From Promethearchaeota archaeon (lineage in GTDB: Archaea; Asgardarchaeota; Lokiarchaeia; Sigyniarchaeales; SOKP01): 64,000 nucleotides of DNA. A program made the position numbers and the translations under genes. The stretch is taken from assembly GCA_019058295.1 (NCBI GenBank), contig JAHPZI010000022.1:1-64000 (forward strand), written 5' to 3'. How positions within the stretch are numbered: position 1 is the stretch's first letter; every line of letters starts with the position of its first letter. The notes beneath the pieces were generated by a model. It made no database searches, was not told where the DNA came from, and worked only from the letters and a program-made list of their open reading frames with translations. Below are positions 30,778 to 37,000 of the stretch, piece after piece.

Positions 30778-30850
30778 TGGGCTGGAGGGGACTTGAACCC
30801 CCGACCTCCGAGTTAAAAGCCCGTTGCGCTACCTGCTACGCTACCAGCCC
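30778..30850 (-). tRNA. tRNA-Lys(TTT)
   Basis: GGGCTGG/CCAGCCC acceptor; loop CTTTTAA. Confidence 0.93.
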
Positions 30851-30858
30851 ATTTTTGA

Positions 30859-30934
30859 TAGGAGTGGAGAGGATTGAACTCTCGACCACTGCGTTATAAG
30901 CACAGGGCTCTACCAATAACTAAGCTACACTCCT
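30859..30934 (-). tRNA. tRNA-Ile(TAT)
   Basis: CTGTG CTTATAA CGCAG; acceptor AGGAGTG/CACTCCT-A identical to the Ile(GAT) gene in the same array. Confidence 0.9.
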
Positions 30935-30939
30935 ATTGA

Positions 30940-31012
30940 TACACCCGGTAGGATTCGAACCTACATCCCCTCGCTTCGAAGGCGAGTATCCTCTCCATTG
31001 GACTACGGGTGT
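30940..31012 (-). tRNA. tRNA-Arg(TCG)
   Basis: CTCGC CTTCGAA GCGAG; A20 in D loop. Confidence 0.93.
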
Positions 31013-31018
31013 GAAGTT

Positions 31019-31095
31019 TGGTACGGGCGTGTGGATTTGAACCACAATCCATGACTTATGAGACCATAATTCTTACCAGATTAAACTACGCCCGT
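31019..31095 (-). tRNA. tRNA-Met(CAT), probably elongator; CCA encoded
   Basis: ATGGT CTCATAA GTCAT; lacks the three G-C pairs of initiator anticodon stems. Confidence 0.85.
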
Positions 31096-31103
31096 ATATA
31101 TAG

Positions 31104-31177
31104 TGGGGTTGGAAGGATTTGAACCCTCAACCTTTGATTTTGGAGACCACTGCTCTAAACCGCTAAGCTACAACCCC
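31104..31177 (-). tRNA. tRNA-Trp(CCA), intronless
   Basis: loop CTCCAAA; GGGGTTG/CAACCCC-A. Confidence 0.9.
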
Positions 31178-31185
31178 ATATTTAA

Positions 31186-31258
31186 TGAGGGTGGTAGGAT
31201 TCGAACCTACGACCTTTAGATTAGAAGTCTAACACCTTATCCGCTAGGCTACACCCTC
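31186..31258 (-). tRNA. tRNA-Arg(TCT)
   Basis: TTAGA CTTCTAA TCTAA; A20. Confidence 0.93.
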
Positions 31259-31266
31259 ATAATTAA

Positions 31267-31341
31267 TAGGAGAGATCGGATTTGAACCGATGCAGTCTTC
31301 CTCGTAAGGGAAGATCCATAACCAGGCTAGGAGACTCTCCC
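31267..31341 (-). tRNA. tRNA-Val(TAC)
   Basis: CTTCC CTTACGA GGAAG. Confidence 0.88.
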
Positions 31342-31348
31342 AAGATAA

Positions 31349-31422
31349 GGGGCATAGAGGGAATTGAACCCTCGATCCTACGATTAAGAGTCGCATGCTT
31401 TCCCTAACTAAGCCATATGCCC
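31349..31422 (-). tRNA. tRNA-Lys(CTT)
   Basis: TGCGA CTCTTAA TCGTA. Confidence 0.92.
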
Positions 31423-31437
31423 ATAGATGTGCCAATA

Positions 31438-31516
31438 TGGTAGGAGTGGAGAGATTTGAACTCTCGAACCTATAGTTTATCAGACTATCGCTCATTCCAG
31501 GCTGAGCTACACTCCT
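31438..31516 (-). tRNA. tRNA-Ile(GAT); CCA encoded
   Basis: ATAGT CTGATAA ACTAT. Confidence 0.93.
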
Positions 31517-31553
31517 ATTATTAGAAATTGAATTTGATATCTGATAACAAGAG

Positions 31554-31625
31554 TGGGATCAGAGTGACTTGAACACTCGCCCCAAGATCTTCATTCTTGT
31601 GCTCTCCCAGTTGAGCTATGATCCC
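31554..31625 (-). tRNA. tRNA-Phe(GAA)
   Basis: CAAGA ATGAAGA TCTTG. Confidence 0.9.
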
Positions 31626-31687
31626 TAAAATCTCCTCTGATTTTTTGAAGTCCACCTTTGGTCATTCTTAAATGACAATTTTTTCAT
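31625..31687 (-). CDS. putative 20-aa micro-ORF MKKLSFKNDQRWTSKNQRRF inside the left tRNA operon
   Basis: ATG at 31687; TAG overlaps G1 of tRNA-Phe; GAGGTGA 16 nt upstream. Confidence 0.35.
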   Translation of the reverse strand: MKKLSFKNDQRWTSKNQRRF

Positions 31688-31725
31688 TTTTTTTTTTATT
31701 TTTTCACCTCATTTTTTTTATTTTA

Positions 31726-31798
31726 CGCCCCTAGTAGGGTTCGAACCTACACCGCCCGATTAACAGTCGGAGATGCTACCTATTAACACTATAGAGGC
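31726..31798 (-). tRNA. tRNA-Asn(GTT)
   Basis: TCCGA CTGTTAA TCGGG; G73. Confidence 0.93.
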
Positions 31799-31917
31799 AT
31801 GTTTGAAGTTGTTGAATTAAGATAAAAGAAAAAGTATAATGCAAAAGCTAAGAGCTATGAGAATATCTTGGAAGTACAAAAGATAAATAAGTGGATTGTC
31901 AGATTTAAGTAAAGAAT

Positions 31918-32004
31918 TTACTGAATCAAACTGGAGGAGAGAAGATTATTGACGAGATTCACTCGCCACCTTTTCGATCTTAACTTAAATCTAAGTGAGG
32001 CCAT
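31918..32004 (-). CDS. putative leader peptide of left tRNA operon, MASLRFKLRSKRWRVNLVNNLLSSSLIQ (28 aa)
   Basis: ATG 25 nt downstream of a TTTAAATA box; 26/28 residues are amino acids of the downstream tRNAs. Confidence 0.7.
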   Translation of the reverse strand: MASLRFKLRSKRWRVNLVNNLLSSSLIQ

Positions 32005-32029
32005 AATACTATCATTATTATTAATTAAG

Positions 32030-32044
32030 TATTTAAATGTTTTG
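32030..32044 (-). promoter_or_regulatory. BRE/TATA promoter for left tRNA operon
   Basis: minus strand CAAAACA-TTTAAATA, box at 32037-32030. Confidence 0.65.
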
Positions 32045-32068
32045 TTTAAATGGCTAAAACGATTAAAA

Positions 32069-32115
32069 TGGGAAAGAAATGGGTAAGATAGTGAATGTGG
32101 GAAAAGAATGGGTAA
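32069..32115. repeat. 18-bp direct repeat between the divergent promoters
   Basis: TGGGAAAGAAATGGGTAA (32069-86) and TGGGAAAAGAATGGGTAA (32098-115). Confidence 0.75.
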
Positions 32116-32122
32116 TTTTGAA

Positions 32123-32137
32123 CGAAATATTTAAATA
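32123..32137 (+). promoter_or_regulatory. BRE/TATA promoter for right tRNA operon
   Basis: CGAAATA-TTTAAATA, box at 32130-32137. Confidence 0.65.
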
Positions 32138-32162
32138 TTTAATTTGTGATATTATAAATACA

Positions 32163-32252
32163 ATGAGACGTGCAAAAGTGGCAACAACCACCTACCAGGA
32201 TATAGGCGCCCCCGAGCAGGGGCAATATGATAGCGAATGCTATCACCAATAA
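32163..32252 (+). CDS. putative leader peptide of right tRNA operon, MRRAKVATTTYQDIGAPEQGQYDSECYHQ (29 aa)
   Basis: ATG 25 nt downstream of TTTAAATA; 22/29 residues are amino acids of the downstream tRNAs and all ten are present. Confidence 0.7.
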   Translation: MRRAKVATTTYQDIGAPEQGQYDSECYHQ

Positions 32253-32390
32253 AAAATTTTACCCGTCTCTATTGATTTCCTTATTCTTTCCTTAGTTTTC
32301 CTAACCTTGATCGCCGTTTTCTATATACTTTAAAATCCATTTATCACGTTACTTATTTTTTCAGAAAACGGGTAAAAGCTTCATAATGAA

Positions 32391-32463
32391 GGACTGTGTA
32401 GTGTAATGGCATGCATTGAAGTTTGTGAATCTTCAGGAGGTGGTTCGATTCCGCCCACAGTCC
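32391..32463 (+). tRNA. tRNA-His(GTG)
   Basis: encoded G-1:C73, loop TTGTGAA. Confidence 0.88.
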
Positions 32464-32497
32464 TTCTTTCATAAATATAACGCATAGAAAATAAAAA

Positions 32498-32571
32498 GGG
32501 GCTGTAATATCAATCGGAAGATACTTGGTGTTGCATACCAAGGGTTGTAGGTTCAAGTCCTACCAGCTCCA
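32498..32571 (+). tRNA. tRNA-Ala(TGC)
   Basis: G3.U70, loop GTTGCAT, A73. Confidence 0.9.
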
Positions 32572-32578
32572 TAAAAAT

Positions 32579-32651
32579 ACTCCCGTAGTGTAGAGGACAA
32601 GCACTCCAAGCCTTGGACTTGGTAACGTCGGTTCGAATCCGTCCGGGAGTA
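32579..32651 (+). tRNA. tRNA-Gln(TTG)
   Basis: A1-U72; CCAAG CCTTGGA CTTGG (C33). Confidence 0.85.
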
Positions 32652-32668
32652 GTAATTTCATTGGAATT

Positions 32669-32742
32669 CTTGCTGTAGCTCAGACAGGTAGAGCAGGGGA
32701 CTGTAGATCCTTGGAGCGGAGGTTCAAATCCTCCCAGCAAGA
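32669..32742 (+). tRNA. tRNA-Tyr(GTA), intronless
   Basis: C1-G72, short variable loop, GGGGA CTGTAGA TCCTT. Confidence 0.93.
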
Positions 32743-32751
32743 CTAAGAAGC

Positions 32752-32826
32752 GGGGCACTAGTATAGTGGCTAGTATTCGCGACCGTCTATCGTGAGAAGG
32801 GGGATCGATACCCCCGTGCTCCGCCA
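32752..32826 (+). tRNA. tRNA-Asp(GTC), atypical; CCA encoded
   Basis: CGCGA CCGTCTA TCGTG, G73; carries G3.U70, C33, U37, A54. Confidence 0.82.
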
Positions 32827-32847
32827 AAAAGCATTGGAAATAATCGT

Positions 32848-32922
32848 GCGGGATTCATCTAGCGGTCAGGATCATCGCCTTCCAAGTGATTCACGGGTGT
32901 TCAAATCGCCCATCCCGCACCA
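32848..32922 (+). tRNA. tRNA-Gly(TCC); CCA encoded
   Basis: GCG/CGC-A acceptor end; ATCGC CTTCCAA GTGAT. Confidence 0.92.
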
Positions 32923-32927
32923 ATAAA

Positions 32928-33005
32928 GGCACTGTGGCCAAGTTTGGACAAGGCAGCTTCCTTGTAAGTAGCCGAGCGGGGGTTCGAATCCTCCCAGTGC
33001 CTCCA
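32928..33005 (+). tRNA. tRNA-Thr(TGT); CCA encoded
   Basis: loop CTTGTAA; GGCACTG/CAGTGCC-U. Confidence 0.85.
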
Positions 33006-33014
33006 GTAAAATAG

Positions 33015-33090
33015 GCATGCGTGGCTGAAAAGTTGAGGCGGGAGACTGCAGATCTCCTCTATGCAGGTGCAAGTCCTGCCGCGTGCTCCA
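33015..33090 (+). tRNA. tRNA-Cys(GCA); CCA encoded
   Basis: GGAGA CTGCAGA TCTCC; U73; T loop TGCAAGT. Confidence 0.9.
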
Positions 33091-33095
33091 ATCAA

Positions 33096-33170
33096 GCCCC
33101 TGTCATCTAGTAAGGTCAAGGATCCATGATTCTCAATCATGAAACGCAGATTCAAATTCTGCCAGGGGTA
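33096..33170 (+). tRNA. tRNA-Glu(CTC)
   Basis: CATGA TTCTCAA TCATG. Confidence 0.9.
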
Positions 33171-33175
33171 TAAAT

Positions 33176-33250
33176 GCTTCCATGGTGTAGCTAGGTCAAG
33201 CATCGTAGGTTTTCACCCTGCGGACTCGGGTTCGAATCCCGATGGAAGCA
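33176..33250 (+). tRNA. tRNA-Glu(TTC)
   Basis: GTAGG TTTTCAC CCTGC. Confidence 0.93.
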
Positions 33251-33260
33251 CTCATTAAAT

Positions 33261-33334
33261 GGGAGGGTAATCTAGCATGGAAGGATCCTCGCTTTGGAAG
33301 CGAGATGTCGGGAGTTCAAATCTCCTCTCTCCCA
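33261..33334 (+). tRNA. tRNA-Pro(TGG)
   Basis: GGG/CCC-A acceptor end; CTCGC TTTGGAA GCGAG. Confidence 0.9.
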
Positions 33335-33341
33335 TTTTAAT

Positions 33342-34265
33342 TTAAACAAAAGCATCTAAACATGTTTGATTTTTAACTACTTGAATCCTCTTATTTGCGA
33401 GTTCAATGTATTCCTTTGAGATTTCATATCCTACATAATGTCGTTTTAGTTTTAAGGCAGCAATTGCAGTTGTACCTGAACCTATAAAAGGATCTAATAT
33501 TACATCTCCCTCAAAGGAATAAATCTCAATTAAACGACGAGGCAATTCTTCTGGAAATGGAGCAGGATGCCCTATTTTTTTGGCTGAATCTGCTGGAAAA
33601 TTCCAAATAGATTTTGACCATTCAACGAAATCTTCCTTTTTTATCGTATTTACTTTGTTTCCTTTTTCAAGTCTATTTGAAAGTTTTGAGAATACTAATA
33701 TATACTCGTGTATATCTCTGAGACAAGGATTACTTGCCGAAGCGAAAGATCCCCAAGCGGTTGAAACACCGGCTGATGCTCCCTTATTCCAAATGATTTC
33801 GCCGCGCATATGAAAACCAATTTGATGCATTATTTCAATAATATATGCGTGTAATGGAATGTATGGTTTCCGCCCAACATTTGCAATATTTATTGCAGCT
33901 CTACCTCCAGGTACTAAAACTCTCCAAGTTTCTTTAAGAACATCTTCAAGTAATTTTAAATATTCAACAAGAGTCAAATTATCATCATAATCTTTTCCAA
34001 CGCCATAAGGAGGACTGGTTATCATTAGATGTACTGAATTATCAGGTAATAAGTCTATTTTGCGACTATCTCCTTGAATTATCTGATCTAAAGCTTTTTT
34101 TGGAATTTTATCTGAATTATCAACGTATTTAACTTTTTGTAGTTTGTTTAAACCTTTATATAAATTTGAATTATAAAAGAGAGATGAATCGTGGTTTTCC
34201 CGTTTTGAAACTCCAAAAGAACTAGTTTTTGTACCTTTTTTTGGAGTTTCCTTTTTATTTACCAT
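33342..34265 (-). CDS. site-specific DNA methyltransferase, beta class (N4-C/N6-A)
   Basis: TSPPY before HPAPFP and DPFIGSGTT. Confidence 0.92.
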   Translation of the reverse strand: MVNKKETPKKGTKTSSFGVSKRENHDSSLFYNSNLYKGLNKLQKVKYVDNSDKIPKKALDQIIQGDSRKIDLLPDNSVHLMITSPPYGVGKDYDDNLTLVEYLKLLEDVLKETWRVLVPGGRAAINIANVGRKPYIPLHAYIIEIMHQIGFHMRGEIIWNKGASAGVSTAWGSFASASNPCLRDIHEYILVFSKLSNRLEKGNKVNTIKKEDFVEWSKSIWNFPADSAKKIGHPAPFPEELPRRLIEIYSFEGDVILDPFIGSGTTAIAALKLKRHYVGYEISKEYIELANKRIQVVKNQTCLDAFV

Positions 34266-34359
34266 TATTAAAGAAGTAGAATAGAAGATATTTAAAACTC
34301 GATAACACCATGTTATTAAGAAAATTATGACTTAAAAAAGTAAACTTCTGGCAAGTTAT

Positions 34360-35091
34360 CTAACTAGAATCTGAGAAAATCTCTATGAGAATGATGAAGA
34401 TCCTAATTATAACGTTTATCATATCTAAGAAAATTTCTATAACTGCTAACATCCAATATCCTTCACTCACAGTCTGAGGTAATCGAGATCCATCCCAGAG
34501 GATAACACCAAAAAGCCAGATTAAAACAAGAATGCTAGTAATTATTAATATTGGATTGGAACCAAAAATTAATATTAGGGAGAACTCCAAAATAATAAGA
34601 ATGCCTCCAAATAAAAGTAAAGGATAGATCCATTTTATACTAATTTTATCTCTAAAAATTAAGCCCATTATTAGTAACCCAAGCGTAACCAGAAACCCAA
34701 CTAAAAAAGCAATGAAAAATAAGCCCAGTACTATTTCTAATATGAAAATGGAGGAAGCCCATATAAGTAGAGTGGAACTTAACATTCCAGAAACTAAACT
34801 AGCAAAAATAAAAATCACCATTGATAAGATATTTTGTCTTTTAAGTGCCATGATGACGGTTACTATCCATAATACAATATAAATGATTAATAAAAAAATG
34901 ATAAATCCTACTGTCATTGGTAATATAACTGGACCTACAAGACCACTAAAACCTATAGTAGTTCCAACCCATATTATCAGCCCAATCAAGAATACAGGTA
35001 GAGTTTTATAATAAAAATCCTTACCTAATATCTTATCACCTTCCTTTCGTTTAGTTTGCGAGCTTAAAACCATCGTTTTCTTCTCCTCCAA
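34360..35091 (-). CDS. Bax inhibitor-1/YccA (TMBIM) family membrane protein
   Basis: 7 TM segments; ILWD...A..IFLD.IN.IIRIF conserved di-Asp pattern. Confidence 0.75.
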   Translation of the reverse strand: MEEKKTMVLSSQTKRKEGDKILGKDFYYKTLPVFLIGLIIWVGTTIGFSGLVGPVILPMTVGFIIFLLIIYIVLWIVTVIMALKRQNILSMVIFIFASLVSGMLSSTLLIWASSIFILEIVLGLFFIAFLVGFLVTLGLLIMGLIFRDKISIKWIYPLLLFGGILIILEFSLILIFGSNPILIITSILVLIWLFGVILWDGSRLPQTVSEGYWMLAVIEIFLDMINVIIRIFIILIEIFSDSS

Positions 35092-35230
35092 AGTCTAAAT
35101 CTATTACTCTGAGAATTCATGATTTCTTTTTTAATTATGATATTAATTGTTTGAAAGATTTATTAAATATTTACAATAAATAATAAAATAAATAAAAAGA
35201 TCCTTATTACTCAATAAAAAAAATTAAAAA

Positions 35231-35518
35231 CTATTTGATAATTTTTACTTTTTGTCCAAGGGCTTGACCTGGAACGCCTGCCTTCTTGAAATGAGCTCTT
35301 ACAGCACCATTATTTCCATGGGCACGGCTAATTACTCCTTTTAATTCTTTACCAGTGGGAGTTACCCAGACAACAGTTCTCCCAATCAATTTGTTTGCCT
35401 CTTTCCTTGTCTTAATATTTGGAAATACCAATATACAATGTTTTGGGTGGACTGTATGCCGACCTCGTCTATAATTTGAAATAACGCCCGTCATACCTAA
35501 TAATCCCTGGGAACTCAT
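35231..35518 (-). CDS. rpl35ae: 50S ribosomal protein L35Ae
   Basis: YRRGRH, G.ISRAHGNNGAVRA.F...PGQALG. Confidence 0.95.
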   Translation of the reverse strand: MSSQGLLGMTGVISNYRRGRHTVHPKHCILVFPNIKTRKEANKLIGRTVVWVTPTGKELKGVISRAHGNNGAVRAHFKKAGVPGQALGQKVKIIK

Positions 35519-35648
35519 GATTTTTTTTTTATATTTTTAATTACTATTTTTCTCGAGTAATTGTTCAAATATTTGAAAAAATAAAAAATTTTTGATTTTT
35601 AGCACCCATATATCCCATAAAATCAAAAAAAAGTATCCTTTGGTTTAA

Positions 35649-36965
35649 TCATGATTCTTGTTTAATTGGTTCTTTTCTTTTCTTATTTATAATCAATGAA
35701 ATTACAACTATCACAGCAAGAATGATAAGTATTATCATTAACATCATCCAGAATGGTATAGATTCATCACCAAAATCAATGTCAAGATCTTCATCTTCCT
35801 CCTCAGCTACTACAGCAATCGGAGGTGTCCAATAAAATAAATAAACTTGATTATCTTCACTACCTATTACCAAATATTTACCATTCGAGGAAATTGCCAC
35901 GGATTTTATAATCCCTTCTGTTTCATCGATCAAGTATGGAGTCTTGCTTGATCGAACTAATAAGTAGCTTTTATTATCATTACTGCCTATAAGTATATGA
36001 TTTCCGTCGGAAGAGATGGCAACTGAATTGATTGAATCACCACTAGTATACGTCCAAATTGGAGTTTTACTCGACTTACCAAATATATACGTTTTATTAT
36101 CATTACATCCTGCTGCGATATAATTCCCATCTGAAGTCATAGCTACCGATGTTATTTCACCTCCTGTTTTATATCTCCATACTGGTCCAGTCCAACCCCT
36201 ATTAAAAAGATAAATTTCTTTATCATTACTGCCTGCTACAAAATCATTTCCATTTGAAGAAATTGCCACTGCTCTCACATCGCCACTTGTTTGATATTCC
36301 ATTAATGTATTATTGGAATTATCATCAAAAAGATAAATCTTATCATCTCCACATCCTACTACGATATAAGTGCTCTCTGATGAGATTGCGATGGAATGGA
36401 TTGAATCTCCAAAAGTATAATTCCATAATGGTGTAGAACTCGAATTTTTAAGAAGAGATATCATATTATAGCTACTTTCAGCAATAATATAATTCCCATC
36501 AGATGATATTGCTACAGTATTTACATTATCTCCCATTGTATAATTCCATTTTGGTGTAGAATCAGATACATTATTAAATAAATAGGTATGATTATCATTG
36601 CTTCCTGCGATAACATAAAATTTATCCGATGAAATTGCAACAGAAGTCACGTCATCACCAGTAGTATAATTCCACATAGGTATTTTTGATTCGGAACCTG
36701 ATTTATTAAATAGATATGTGTTGTTATCATTGCTTCCCGCAACAATATAAGTTCCGTCTGATGAAATCGCCACAGAATTCACATCATCACCCGTCGTGAA
36801 ATTCCATAGGAGTGTAGTACCAGATTGATGTGGGATTAAAACATTTAACTTCTTATAATTTTGAGAATGAAATGATATGTTTGTTTCAGGCAAGAAAACA
36901 CAGAGTAAAAAAGTAAAAATGAGAATTGATATAAAAAAATGCCTAATATGTAATTTTTTTACCAT
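35649..36965 (-). CDS. secreted, membrane-anchored WD40 beta-propeller protein
   Basis: 8 repeats of W.YTTG..V.SVAISSDG.YI.AGS.D...YLF; signal peptide and C-terminal TM. Confidence 0.9.
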   Translation of the reverse strand: MVKKLHIRHFFISILIFTFLLCVFLPETNISFHSQNYKKLNVLIPHQSGTTLLWNFTTGDDVNSVAISSDGTYIVAGSNDNNTYLFNKSGSESKIPMWNYTTGDDVTSVAISSDKFYVIAGSNDNHTYLFNNVSDSTPKWNYTMGDNVNTVAISSDGNYIIAESSYNMISLLKNSSSTPLWNYTFGDSIHSIAISSESTYIVVGCGDDKIYLFDDNSNNTLMEYQTSGDVRAVAISSNGNDFVAGSNDKEIYLFNRGWTGPVWRYKTGGEITSVAMTSDGNYIAAGCNDNKTYIFGKSSKTPIWTYTSGDSINSVAISSDGNHILIGSNDNKSYLLVRSSKTPYLIDETEGIIKSVAISSNGKYLVIGSEDNQVYLFYWTPPIAVVAEEEDEDLDIDFGDESIPFWMMLMIILIILAVIVVISLIINKKRKEPIKQES

Positions 36966-37000
36966 ATATTTTAATTTTTAATTATTCATTTTAAAGATTT

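Noticed and set aside
31019-31095. CAT tRNA as initiator or Ile2
   Set aside because: Has A1-U72 but lacks the three consecutive G-C anticodon-stem pairs; acceptor differs from the two Ile tRNAs; left as probable elongator Met
30336-33203. Track ORFs inside the tRNA array (30336-30569, 31244-31495, 32353-32556, 32510-32827, 32872-33072, 32901-33203)
   Set aside because: They overlap well-formed tRNA cloverleaves; spurious frames in GC-richer RNA genes
30303-33334. CRISPR-like periodicity from recurring GGTTCGAA/TTCGAACC motifs
   Set aside because: These are T-loop motifs of distinct tRNAs, not identical repeats with spacers; no cas genes
30156-34300. tRNA array as part of an integrated virus or mobile element
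   Set aside because: No integrase, transposase, capsid gene or att duplication is visible and the flanks look chromosomal; ancient acquisition is not excluded
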